64,000 nt of DNA from an uncultured Armatimonadetes bacterium. GTDB taxonomy: Bacteria; Armatimonadota; UBA5829; DTJY01. The stretch covers positions 928,001 through 992,000 of the forward strand of contig OY970325.1 in NCBI GenBank assembly GCA_963717145.1. The letters are read 5' to 3'. The position numbers and the translations under genes are program-made. Below, one piece after another: positions 50,947 through 61,255 of the stretch. Every line of letters begins with the position of its first letter. The stretch's first letter is position 1. Below the pieces are notes generated by a model, which worked only from the letters and a program-made list of their open reading frames with translations, made no database searches and was not told the DNA's origin.

Positions 50947-51080
50947 CCACGGAGGCACGGAGGACACGGAGAAAAGCAAACTCGAGTTCGAAACTCGAAG
51001 CACGAAACGACGGGTTGTCTCGAATTTCGTATTTCGTACTTCGGATTTGTTTTCCTCCGTGTTCTCCGTGCCTCCGTGGT
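50946..51080. repeat. Nested palindromic element: outer (CACGGAG)n arms enclosing inner 7-mer arms
   Basis: ACCACGGAGGCACGGAGGACACGGAG ... TCGAAAC/ACGAAAC | TCGTATT/TCGGATT ... CTCCGTGTTCTCCGTGCCTCCGTGGT. Confidence 0.8.
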
Positions 51081-51101
51081 TCCATCCGACTGGAGGTCGC
51101 G

Positions 51102-51656
51102 ATGAAGGTAACCGCATTCCTCGGCAGTCCGAGGCCGAAGGGTAATACTGACATCCTGGCGTTGAGGGTGCTCGACGGCGCAAAGCAGGCCGGCTTCGAG
51201 ACGGAAGCCATCGCCCTTCGACGCCTGAAGATCCACCCATGCGTCGGCTGCGAGAAATGCTGGCAGAAGGAGCGCCCCTGTTTCTACAAGGACGACATGC
51301 CCGGCCTCTACGATGCGATCGCCTCCTCGGACATCCTCTTGTTCGCGACTCCGGTCTACTGGTACGCCCCGACGGCGATCATGAAGGCGTTCATCGATCG
51401 GTTCGTGGTGTTCAACCGCCCGCAGGGACGGCCCCTCATCGAGGGGAAGGGAGCGATCCTCGTCACCGCCTACGAGGAGGAAGGGCCGACCGCCGCCGAG
51501 CCGCTCCTCCGCATGTTCGAGATGAGCTTCGAGTACCTCGGGCTGAATCTGATCGACCGCCTGGTGGTCGACGGCGTCGGCCCGAAGGGAGCGGTCCTCC
51601 AGAAGCTCGATGTCCTCGACCGCGCCTACGACATAGGCCGCTGCCTCCCAAGGTAG
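51102..51656 (+). CDS. Flavodoxin-family iron-sulfur flavoprotein
   Basis: GSPRPKGNT, CVGCEKC...C, TPVYW, KAFIDR. Confidence 0.88.
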   Translation: MKVTAFLGSPRPKGNTDILALRVLDGAKQAGFETEAIALRRLKIHPCVGCEKCWQKERPCFYKDDMPGLYDAIASSDILLFATPVYWYAPTAIMKAFIDRFVVFNRPQGRPLIEGKGAILVTAYEEEGPTAAEPLLRMFEMSFEYLGLNLIDRLVVDGVGPKGAVLQKLDVLDRAYDIGRCLPR

Positions 51657-51662
51657 TCTGCA

Positions 51663-53261
51663 ATGACCCAACGACTTGGTGGGTTGATACGCGCAAACAG
51701 GAAGTCCTTCACCATCTTCCTCATTGTAGCGGTACTCCTGATCCTCCCACCGTCGCGCTACCTGCTGTTGTTCCACATGTGGTGCGGGAGTGAGGACGTT
51801 ACCACCGGCAGCTGTCCCGAGTTCACCATTGAGAACGACCGTAGAGTCCCCCGGAACGCTTCTGAGGCTCTTGAAATCGCCCGCCGTGACGGAGAATCCA
51901 CGAAGGTCCGGTCGTTCTCGGACATGATCGCCCGCCATCCGAATGAGCCCGCGCTCTACGCCGGACTTCTCCGTTTCTACACGGCTACCGCCGACCGCAC
52001 GCTCTCTTACGTCCGCCCCGACAGCCCCGTCCGCTCGACCGGTCCCCAGCCGCGTCGCGGCGATCTCACCGGTCTCACCAGGTCTCCTGAGATGCGTGCC
52101 GCTGAGAACGCGGTCCGGATGGGGAGGAATCTCGAACCGGGGAACGTCTTCTTCGACCTGATGGAAGCCTACCTACGATACGGGGAGAAACGAGATGCGG
52201 AAGCGCTTGCTGCTATCCGTCGCGCCGCCGGCAAGCATGACTTCGACGACCATGTCCGCGACTACACGTATGCTTGGCTCGACTACGGCCCCGTTCTGCC
52301 GTTTCCTGTTGATCAACTATACCCGGTCAGGAAGGTGCTCGCGCCCGCCATGATCGAGGTCGGCTACCTGGCCCGTCTGCGTCCTGCCATCGGACTTGCT
52401 CTCATCCAGTCCGCTGAGGAGGACCAGATACTCCCCACTATGTACGATGTGGTCCGGATCGGTGATGTAATACGTGAGGACGGCGGGTGCGCCATCGCGG
52501 CGCTCTGGGGAGTGGCTCTGCAGAAAGATGCACTGTTTTCCGCGAACCGTACGCTTTCCGGCCTGCTGATCCCAGACGAGAGCCATTACAGCCCAAAGAC
52601 CTCCGAGATGCCAAGTCTCTTGGCGAAGTTGAAAGGTAAGTCGGCCCCGGATACCATGACCCGAGTGGAGTGGGAGACCGTCAGGAAGAGCATCGATCGC
52701 TCGGTCCGCTTCCACCGGACAGTCTCCCCGTATGTGGAAGCGCATGTGCTCACGACGAGCTACACCGACCTGGTGATGATCCACCGCGTGGCTGGTGAGA
52801 TGCTTAAGATAGTGCTCTTCATGGCGATGCTCTGGACTCCCGCGGCCATCTGGCTCCTGGCGCGCAGGAAATGGCGACTCCAGGGACTCGGACCGAGAGC
52901 GGTCTGGATCTGGCTCCCGGCCGTGGTCTGTGGTCTGCCGTTCAACCTCCTGGGTGTCGATCACGAGCACTTCCGCCTGTCAACGGTGGTCTGGACCAGG
53001 ATCGCGGTAGGCTTCTCCGGCATGGTTCCGTTCGCAGCCTTCCTCGCGGCCATCTTCAGATCGAGGATATCACCGGACGTGGGCAGAGTGGACACAATCT
53101 TTGCCAGGTTGAGAAGGGGAAGCGTGTTAGCGATCCAGGCTCTGCTTGTCCTATACATCGCCACTGTGCTGATCTCGATACCCATCGCCGTACACACCAA
53201 TCATCGGCTGGACGCCGTGATCGCCGATGAGCCTGCGCTGGTCTGGATGGTAGGGCCGTAG
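51663..53261 (+). CDS. Hypothetical membrane protein
   Basis: 532-aa ORF; N-terminal TM helix, helical periplasmic region, about four C-terminal TM helices. Confidence 0.65.
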   Translation: MTQRLGGLIRANRKSFTIFLIVAVLLILPPSRYLLLFHMWCGSEDVTTGSCPEFTIENDRRVPRNASEALEIARRDGESTKVRSFSDMIARHPNEPALYAGLLRFYTATADRTLSYVRPDSPVRSTGPQPRRGDLTGLTRSPEMRAAENAVRMGRNLEPGNVFFDLMEAYLRYGEKRDAEALAAIRRAAGKHDFDDHVRDYTYAWLDYGPVLPFPVDQLYPVRKVLAPAMIEVGYLARLRPAIGLALIQSAEEDQILPTMYDVVRIGDVIREDGGCAIAALWGVALQKDALFSANRTLSGLLIPDESHYSPKTSEMPSLLAKLKGKSAPDTMTRVEWETVRKSIDRSVRFHRTVSPYVEAHVLTTSYTDLVMIHRVAGEMLKIVLFMAMLWTPAAIWLLARRKWRLQGLGPRAVWIWLPAVVCGLPFNLLGVDHEHFRLSTVVWTRIAVGFSGMVPFAAFLAAIFRSRISPDVGRVDTIFARLRRGSVLAIQALLVLYIATVLISIPIAVHTNHRLDAVIADEPALVWMVGP

Positions 53262-53411
53262 GTGTCCCTCCGTGTTCCTTACCGGACGGAGGATTTCTGA
53301 CTCCCCATCCTGAACACCCTGCATGTCATTACTAAGCGCTTTTCCCTGTGTCCTCCGTGCCTCCGTGGTTCAATCGACGCAGGAGTACGAGTACGAGTAG
53401 GATTCACGATT

Positions 53412-54471
53412 ATGAACCTGACACTGAAACCTGATCTGAACGAAGCAAAGAAGTACTGGTCCGCATTCTGGGCGGGCGAGATCATCGACCGGCCCGCGAT
53501 CTCCCTCAAGGTCGCGCCGGGGCCCGATGCACCGCCTCATCCCGCCGGACTGATCCTCCAGGACGATCCACTCATCGCCGTTCGACAGTTCGGCGAATGG
53601 GCCGCCCACGTCAAGTGGCTCGCAGAGGCCGTGCCCTTCTTCCACCTCAACTACGGCCCGGACCAGTTCGCCGCGTGGCTCGGAGCGCGCCTCGAATACT
53701 CCCCGGACAGCGGCGGGACGACGTGGTCCGTCCCGTTCATCCGCGATTGGGACCTCGACGGCGCAGAGATCGATCACCCCCACGGTCAGTGGTGGGACCG
53801 CGCGGTGGAAGTCTATCGTGGGGCAGGGGAGATCGCCGACGGACGCTTCCTCATCGGCGTCCCCGATGCGCACAGCAACATGGACGCCCTGTCGGCTCTC
53901 AGGGGTCCGCAGGCGATGTGCGAAGACCTCCTCGACGTTCCCGAGAAAGTCGACCGCGCGATGCTCCGCGTGAGGAAGGCATTCGCGCCGATTCTCGAGA
54001 CGGTCGCCAATGCGGGGCGAATGGACAAGTGGGGATACACCGGCTGGCTGCCATTCTACAGCGAGACCCCATATGCCACCCTCCAGTGCGACTTCGCGTG
54101 CATGGTCGGACCGGAGCACTTCCGGCGATGGATACTCCCGGCGCTCGAGGAGGAATCATCCTACCTCGATCACTCCGTCTACCACTACGACGGCCCTGAT
54201 GCGCTCGTTCACCTCGATGACGTCCTCTCGATCCCCGGCATCCGCGCGATCCAGTCGGGTCCCCGGCACGGGGAATCCGCCGGTCATCGAGTGGATGGAC
54301 CTGCTCGTCGAGATCCAGAAGGCGGGCAAGGCGGTCTACATCGGCGCATCCGCGGAGGAGATCCCGATCTACCACCAGCATCTCTGCCCGGAGAACGTCC
54401 TCTATGACGTCACCGTCGGCACAGAGAAGGAGGCCGATGATCTGCTGAAGTGGCTCAGGGACAACACATAG
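53412..54471 (+). CDS. URO-D/cobalamin-methyltransferase-like protein, frameshifted near 54256
   Basis: LQCDFACM, YHYDG; ATCCAGTCGGGTCCCC restores IQWVPG if one C is removed. Confidence 0.75.
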
Positions 54472-54555
54472 AGCCAGCTACATCCTCTTCCCGAGGGCCA
54501 TCTGCTCCTCTACCTCGCCGCCGTTTGCGAGGTAGAGGAGCGGGATCGGGCGGGC

Positions 54556-54834
54556 TCAAGGCTGGCGTTTCTCCAGATCATCAATCCGCTTCAGAAGGCG
54601 AGACATCGCGTAAAGGTACATACCGGGGTAGAAGAAGCCGACGAAGAGTAATGGTGCGGCGACACGGCGCAATGTCTCAGAAGGAGGTGTCGGTGATTCG
54701 ATACCGTACGGGATGAGTATCCACATCATCAGGAGTGCGCAAAGTACGAAGTGAAGACTCATCATCAGTACCAAACGTCCTGTGGAACCTGCTGCCTGCG
54801 TTGCCCAACGTTCCGGATTGCGAAAAAGACTCAT
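54556..54834 (-). CDS. Small two-TM hypothetical protein
   Basis: GGAGG RBS before MSLFRNPERW; two hydrophobic helices. Confidence 0.55.
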   Translation of the reverse strand: MSLFRNPERWATQAAGSTGRLVLMMSLHFVLCALLMMWILIPYGIESPTPPSETLRRVAAPLLFVGFFYPGMYLYAMSRLLKRIDDLEKRQP

Positions 54835-54875
54835 GCGAACCTCCAGTGATCTATGCCGTGCAGATTCTGATGCCC

Positions 54876-56605
54876 CTACATCTTCTTCCCGAGCGCCAAC
54901 TTCGCCGCGTCCTCCCCCCCGTTCGCCAGGTAGAGCAGCGGGGTCGGGCGGTCGACGCCCTCGATGAACTTCGGGCGGGCGGACCAGGCGGCCTGCGAGA
55001 GCACGTTGTTCAGGTCCATCCAGTATTCCAGCCGCGCGGGGGTGAGGCCCTGGATCATGTGCAGGTGGTTCGCCGGCGGGTAGTGCTTGTACTCGTACAT
55101 GCGACGCGTACTTCGGCACGACGAACGTGTGCGGCCAGGATGGGGTCGTCGCGTCGCAGAGGGCCTTGGCGAGCTTCTCCGGGACCTCGGCGGTCGTGGC
55201 CTCGTCCCAGCTCAGGCTGAACATGCTCGGACAGGCTGCTGAACGTGAGCCGGCCCGCGATGCCCTCCAGGCCGCCGGGCGAGACGTAGGTGACCGAGTT
55301 GCCCATGCCCGGGAAGTAGCCCGCGTCCGCGAGCGGCATGCTGACGCCGCGCCATGATCTCGTCCACGCTCGCGCCGGGCTTCGCCGCCCAGTCGAGCGA
55401 CGCGCTGCCGGAGTTGTCGCCGTCCACGAGTCCCTTCTGCGCCCAGATCTCGTCCGTCGGGCAGCTTCATCGCCGAGCTTCTTCGCGAGCGCCTCGAGCT
55501 CCCACTTCTCCCACACCTTGCGGAAGTCCATGAACAGCGGGGGATTCGCCGCCGGTGAGCGCCGGAGAAGAAGAGCATCGTGAGCAGCCCCTGCACGTCG
55601 GCCTCGGTGGCGAACGGCATCGGGCATCTTCGGGCCGTTGTGGTCGAACGTGGAGTTGAAGAACGACTCCATCGCGTCGGCGACCGGCAGCGGAATGCCC
55701 CGCGCGTCCGAGCCCCACTCGAGCTGGCTCATGAACCCGCCGCCGACCGCGTTCAGGTCCTTCAGCAGGTCGCGCATGATGAGATACAGCGCCAGGCTCT
55801 GGTCGAATCGCTCGGAGTCCGCCTGGTCCCTGATCTCCAGCCGCTTGCCGAGGTGCTTGTCCACGAACGCGCGGAACGTCTTCAGCTCGTCGTCGTCGTA
55901 GGACTTCTTCGCGAGCATGTCCGCGAGGAGCTTCATGTCGAGCCGGGTGATCTCGATGCCGAACTGCTTGCGGGTCGGGATGACGTGCGCGAGGGCGGTC
56001 TCCATGCCCATGGAGTCGTGCCCGAATACGACGACGCGGCTTCCCTTCAGCGCCTGAGTCGTGACCGCCGCGAACGCCCAGTCCACGAGCGCGTCGGCGG
56101 TGCTCTGCGTCATCTGGGGCTCCAGCCCGGTGTCCGGCCACGTGCCGACGTTCAGATGGGAAAGCCTCCCGTACTGCGCGAGCGCGCCGTTCACCGCATG
56201 GGCGAAGACGACACCCGGCTTAGGACCGCTGTTGCCGCACGTGAAGTTGATCGGCGTGTCCTCAGGGAACTGCTGGAGGAGCGAGATCACGCTGAGCTGC
56301 GGGAAGGCCCACGTGTCCGGCGTGCAGACGAGGATCTTCACGCCCGCGTCCTGGAACTGCCTGGCGACGATGTCGGCCTGCTTCTCGCCGTCGACGAGGA
56401 TCGACGCGTACACGACCTTGACGGGCGATCCGTCGGGGAGCTTCACCCGCTCGGCCAGGACATCGGCGGCCATGCGAACGATGTTGCGGCATCTCTGGCG
56501 GCTGTCGGCGTCGATGCGTGGGTCGCCCGCGCAGAAGACCCCGATGACGGGCGCGTTCTTCTCGGAAGTCGTTATGTTGTCAGGTAGTGCGGTTGCCTTG
56601 CCCAT
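54876..56605 (-). CDS. L-fucose/arabinose isomerase-like protein with multiple frameshifts (55100-55620)
   Basis: SMGME, FATEAD.QG.LTM, FMDFRKVW, NSGSA, WPHTF, PANHLH motifs spread across frames. Confidence 0.75.
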
Positions 56606-56677
56606 GATGTATCTCCTCCACAGTCGGATAGCTTTCGGTCATTCTAGCAGATGGGTGTGCGGTGTGCAAGATGCAGG

Positions 56678-56837
56678 CCACATGTCTGCGCCCCTCCTTA
56701 CGAAGGAGGGGCCGGCCAGCAGGCCGGGGGAGGTTTGCTTGGCGATCTTGGCGTCTTGGCGGTTCCATCTCGCAGTCCGGGGCGCAGAAACCCCCTCGGC
56801 CCAGAGGCCGGTCCCCCTTCGTAAGGGGGACATGTGT
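56678..56837. repeat. Nested palindromic element: outer CCCCTCCTTACGAAGGAGGGG-type inverted pair enclosing (CTTGGCG)x3
   Basis: 56691-56735 and 56789-56831 are imperfect reverse complements; CTTGGCGATCTTGGCGTCTTGGCGGTT at 56738-56764. Confidence 0.7.
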
Positions 56838-56974
56838 GGTGCGGAACATGCGGGGCAGGCGGAGAGTCTCAAGACTAGATGAGTTTCCGCGCTTGGGTGT
56901 TTCGTCACACCCCCTACGCGGCTATATACATATTGAAGAGCTTGTCGCGCCCGGATCTGCGAGAGGTCGACTCC

Positions 56975-58870
56975 ATGCCTGACAGAATATGCCGCTTATT
57001 CGTACTCTCCGTCTGCCTCATGCTGGTTGCAGCGTCGGCTTTCGCCGAGTATCGCCCGGGCGAGATACTCGTGAAGTTCAAGCCGGGCATCGAAGCCAAG
57101 TCCGTCTCCGCCGCGCTCGGAGCGACCGTCCGCAAGTCCCTGCCACACATCAACGTCCACTGCCTCAAGCTCAAAGCCGGCCAGTCGGTCGAGGACGCCG
57201 TATCGAAGTTCAGGAAGAATCCGAACGTCGCCTGGGTCGGCCCGAACCACGTCGTGCGCCTCGCGAATACGATCCCGGATGATGAGTGGTCCCTGACTCA
57301 GGAGTACTGCATCCCTGAATTGGAGATATGCCTTCCCATTGGCGGCCAGTGGGGACTTTACAATACAGAGGGCAGGCACGACATCCACGCGCCGGAAGCC
57401 TGGGACATCGAGCAGGGTTCGGAGGACATGACCATCGCCATCGTCGACACGGGCATTCAGTCGTATCACTGGGATCTCGCCGGCAGGGTTCTCGATGGCT
57501 ACAACGCTCTGGACGGATCTACGGAGACGGATGACGATCACGGTCACGGCACTTTCGTGGCGAGCGTCGCGGCGGCGAATACGAACAACTACGACGGGGT
57601 TGCGGGAGTCGATTGGAACGCGTACCTGCTGCCGATCAAGGTCCTCGACGCGACCGGTGAGGGCGGTGAGGCAGGCGCGGCCGAGGGAATCATGTGGGCC
57701 GTGGATCACGGGGCGAAGGTCATCAACCTGAGCTTCGGTACCTACGATCAGGTGCAGGTACTCGAGGACGCGGTTAACTACGCCTGGAACGCCGGGTGCA
57801 TAGTGGTGGCCGCCAGCGGTAACGATGACTCCGACGATGCCGCGCAGCGGCACTACCCATCCTACTATACGGTCTGCATGTCGGTCGGCGCAACGAACGA
57901 AGCCGACCAGCGCTGCAGCCCGATGGATTGGATCGAAGGTGGCAGCAACTTCGGCGACTCACTGGACGTCATGGCGCCCGGCAATAACATCCAGGGCGCC
58001 GTTCCCGGGTACTACGACGAGTGGTTCGACGAGTGGACCGAGTACGAAGCGCAGAGTGGTACATCCGCTGCGGCACCGTTCGTATCCGGCCTGGCGAGCC
58101 TCATCTGGGCGCAGAACCCTACCTGGAGCAACGACCAGGTTCGCGATCAGATTGAGCTTACCTGCGATAACCTCCTCGGGCCTGGATGGGACAGGTACAC
58201 GGGGTACGGCAGGATCAATGCCTTCCGCGCGCTGTCGGAGCAACTGGCGGTCTGTGCGACGGTCGGCGAAGCACGCAGCAAGGGCCAGAATGTGGATGTC
58301 AGTCTTCTCGCCAAGGTAGTCACCGCCGGGACGGACAGCCTCGTGGACCGCTTCTATATCGAGGAGTCGGATCGCTCCGCCGGACTGATGGTCTACTGCG
58401 GGTCGTCTGGAGGCATTCAGGCATCGATGGGCGACAGTGTCAGGATACGCGGAAAGCTCGCCTACGTCGGTGGTGAGTTGGCGATCACTTCGCCGAGGGT
58501 CGTCGACGAAGGGATTGGTACCGTACCGCGCCCGGTCGGCATGTCGGCGAGGGCGGTCACCGGCACTCTGCCTTCATACGGCGGAGAGACGCCTTCCGTC
58601 GGACTGAACAACATCGGGCTACTCGTGCGCGTCTGGGGAAAGGTAAAGTCCGTCGGCTGGAACTTCTTCTATGTGGACGATGGCGCTTCGCTCCTGGACG
58701 GCTCCGGCTTCACCGGACTCAAGGTATACGTCGACAGCCTCCACAGGCCCAAGGTCGGCGACCTAGTTTCCGTCACGGGTATCAGCTCCGTCGAGACTCC
58801 AGCGGGCACGGAAGTCCGGATCCCCGTCCTCAAAACGAGGCAGTTCTCCGACATCCTCAAGCTCAACTAG
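56975..58870 (+). CDS. Secreted S8 (subtilisin-like) peptidase with C-terminal tandem OB-like domain
   Basis: Signal peptide, propeptide, VDTG, HGT, ASGN, SGTSAAAP. Confidence 0.92.
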   Translation: MPDRICRLFVLSVCLMLVAASAFAEYRPGEILVKFKPGIEAKSVSAALGATVRKSLPHINVHCLKLKAGQSVEDAVSKFRKNPNVAWVGPNHVVRLANTIPDDEWSLTQEYCIPELEICLPIGGQWGLYNTEGRHDIHAPEAWDIEQGSEDMTIAIVDTGIQSYHWDLAGRVLDGYNALDGSTETDDDHGHGTFVASVAAANTNNYDGVAGVDWNAYLLPIKVLDATGEGGEAGAAEGIMWAVDHGAKVINLSFGTYDQVQVLEDAVNYAWNAGCIVVAASGNDDSDDAAQRHYPSYYTVCMSVGATNEADQRCSPMDWIEGGSNFGDSLDVMAPGNNIQGAVPGYYDEWFDEWTEYEAQSGTSAAAPFVSGLASLIWAQNPTWSNDQVRDQIELTCDNLLGPGWDRYTGYGRINAFRALSEQLAVCATVGEARSKGQNVDVSLLAKVVTAGTDSLVDRFYIEESDRSAGLMVYCGSSGGIQASMGDSVRIRGKLAYVGGELAITSPRVVDEGIGTVPRPVGMSARAVTGTLPSYGGETPSVGLNNIGLLVRVWGKVKSVGWNFFYVDDGASLLDGSGFTGLKVYVDSLHRPKVGDLVSVTGISSVETPAGTEVRIPVLKTRQFSDILKLN

Positions 58871-58883
58871 CTCCCGGATGCGG

Positions 58884-60377
58884 CTACTCGCGCCTCAAGC
58901 CGATGACACGTGCCGACCCATTGCGGACGACTCTCAGCACGATGATGCCACCTTGCTTGACGCGGTCCACCAAGTCCGCGAACTCCCTGTCGCCCCCGAT
59001 CAACTGGCCATTCATGCGGGTGATCACGTCTCCGGCTTCGACTCCGGCATCTTCCGCCACCCCTCCGACTTCGACATCCAGGACGACGACGCCCTTTGCC
59101 CCGGTCAGGCCGACCCGCTCGGCGACCTCACTGGACAGGGTCTTTACTCTCAGACCGAGATTGCGCCTTGCAGGGTCCGGGCTGTCTGCTGGGGGAGGCG
59201 GCGTGTCCGGTGACTCCGCGACGGCCACCGACACGTCAAGCTGCCCCCCATCCCGCATCACCCTGAGGCGCATCGTGCTCCCCGGCTTGGCGGAGGATAC
59301 CATCGACTGCATGTCAAAGATATCGGCGATCGGCGTTCCATCGATGCTCAGTATGACATCTTCCTCGTGCATTCCCGAACGGCGACCCGGGCCTGAATCA
59401 TCCATCGACGCGACAAGCACCCCGTCCTTAGAGCCGTAGTACTCCTGCAGAGGGGGCGACAAGTCCTGTACTCCCATACCGATCCAGCCGCGAATGACCC
59501 TCCCGTCTGCGATAAGGGAATCGAGTACCGATTTCGCAACATTGATGGGGATCGCGAATCCAAGACCTACCGACACTCCCGTTGGGGATGCGATCGCGGT
59601 GTTGATCCCAATCACTCGGCCCTCGACATCGATCAGTGGCCCTCCGCTGTTGCCGGGGTTGATTGCGGCGTCAGTCTGGATGAGGTCCGTGTAGAAGACC
59701 TCTTTATCCTCGAGTTGCCGTTGCAGTGCGCTGACGATACCCAATGTCATGGTATCCTCGAAGCCAAGCGGACTTCCGAGAGCAATCGCCCATGCGCCGA
59801 CCTTCACATCATTCGAGTCGCCGAGTGCGACGACGTCCTCATTGCTCAACTTGGGTGAATTGATCCTTACTACGGCAAGGTCGGTTACCAGGTCGATGCC
59901 GACCACAGTGCCTTTGAGTTCAGTGTCGTTACGCAGATGCACCTTCACGCGCCTGGCGTTGCCGACCACGTGCTGGTTCGTAAGGATGAAGTAATCATCC
60001 CCCTTACGTCTCACGATTACTCCCGAGCCGGTCGCGGTCACTGTGAGGGGAGTCTGCGACTGCGCCGCGGCCGTGTCGCCGGACTCCTCACCGACGTCAC
60101 TGGGCGCTTGGGCGGGATTGCCCCACTCCGCGCTTCTACCCGCACCGGACGCCGAATGGATCGCGATGATAGTTACGACTCCCTGTTTCGCTTTGTCGGC
60201 GATGACAGCGAATGAGTCCTGGAGAGAGCACAGAACTGCTGTGTTGACCGCAGGTTCCGCGCTCGGCTTCACGGTTGCTGTCTGAGCCGCGACTCCTGTT
60301 ATCAGCAACGCGAATGCGAAAACGATAAGACGCGCCGACGCTCGGCGGTCGATCCGATCTGCTTGAGTGTGCCACAT
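58884..60377 (-). CDS. HtrA/DegP-family serine protease with two PDZ domains
   Basis: TNQHVV, DLAV, IQTDAAINPGNSGGPL, two PDZ domains. Confidence 0.93.
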   Translation of the reverse strand: MWHTQADRIDRRASARLIVFAFALLITGVAAQTATVKPSAEPAVNTAVLCSLQDSFAVIADKAKQGVVTIIAIHSASGAGRSAEWGNPAQAPSDVGEESGDTAAAQSQTPLTVTATGSGVIVRRKGDDYFILTNQHVVGNARRVKVHLRNDTELKGTVVGIDLVTDLAVVRINSPKLSNEDVVALGDSNDVKVGAWAIALGSPLGFEDTMTLGIVSALQRQLEDKEVFYTDLIQTDAAINPGNSGGPLIDVEGRVIGINTAIASPTGVSVGLGFAIPINVAKSVLDSLIADGRVIRGWIGMGVQDLSPPLQEYYGSKDGVLVASMDDSGPGRRSGMHEEDVILSIDGTPIADIFDMQSMVSSAKPGSTMRLRVMRDGGQLDVSVAVAESPDTPPPPADSPDPARRNLGLRVKTLSSEVAERVGLTGAKGVVVLDVEVGGVAEDAGVEAGDVITRMNGQLIGGDREFADLVDRVKQGGIIVLRVVRNGSARVIGLRRE

Positions 60378-60660
60378 GTGTCTACCCCACCGTTGAGCTA
60401 CTGATGTGTTACCCCGTGCGGGAGGCGGCGAAACAGGCAGTTAGCATTAGGGTAGGGCAGATAGGAGGGTGATAGTAGTGAAGCGGTAGGTAAGTAAGGA
60501 GGACAGGTGGTAGACTCTTGTGGCGTCCGGCCTTGCTTCCCGTGAACCGGGATTACGTGCAGTAGCCTGAGGGAGGCTATCAAGTCTACCGCCTGTCCCT
60601 TGCGCGGTTCCCTATCGTATCACAGGCTCGGGATATGCGCTATAGGTAATATTGCTGGTT

Positions 60661-61146
60661 TTATGCCCCCAGAGCATCCATGACTTCCTGGGGCAGGCAT
60701 CGCTGATCGAGGAGCTTACACATATCGCGGAGCGCCTTTCGCGCATTGGCTGCGGCATAGACCCGCATCCAACCGTCTTCGACAGCCTCGATGAACTCCT
60801 CTTCGTTCCGGATCATGTACTCCCAGCCCGGCACGATATCGGCCGCAAGGAGAAGCTGCGTTCCCTTCCAGACGCCGTCGTCGTTGTGGAGGGGCGACTG
60901 CATGGAAATGTGGTAGTAGCCGGTCGGATTCTTGCTCTCATCGAGATAAGCGATGATGCTGTACCAGTCGTCCATGAAGTCGAAGCGGAGGCCTGTGACT
61001 CCGTGGCGACCGTTGGGCGGGGGCTGCGGTATGTCGAACTGACTGATCAGCAGGCCGGGAAGCTGAGCCACCAGCTCGTTCTCGAAATCCTGCGGAAGGT
61101 CATCGTACTGCTTGAGTCTAAACTGGGCTGTATCCGGCCGGGCCAC
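60661..61146 (-). CDS. DUF402-like protein (divergent)
   Basis: WYSII...GYY.I..P...EEEF.EAVE.G pattern; GGAG RBS before GTG. Confidence 0.55.
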   Translation of the reverse strand: MARPDTAQFRLKQYDDLPQDFENELVAQLPGLLISQFDIPQPPPNGRHGVTGLRFDFMDDWYSIIAYLDESKNPTGYYHISMQSPLHNDDGVWKGTQLLLAADIVPGWEYMIRNEEEFIEAVEDGWMRVYAAANARKALRDMCKLLDQRCLPQEVMDALGA

Positions 61147-61255
61147 TTGGTGCTCCGATGTCGGGTCGGGACAGCCCGGCCCTCAAAATGCTTTACGCCT
61201 GTATGTTATCCGGCGGTACCGCGTAGTCCTCCGCGCCCGGCAAGGATTACAGAAA

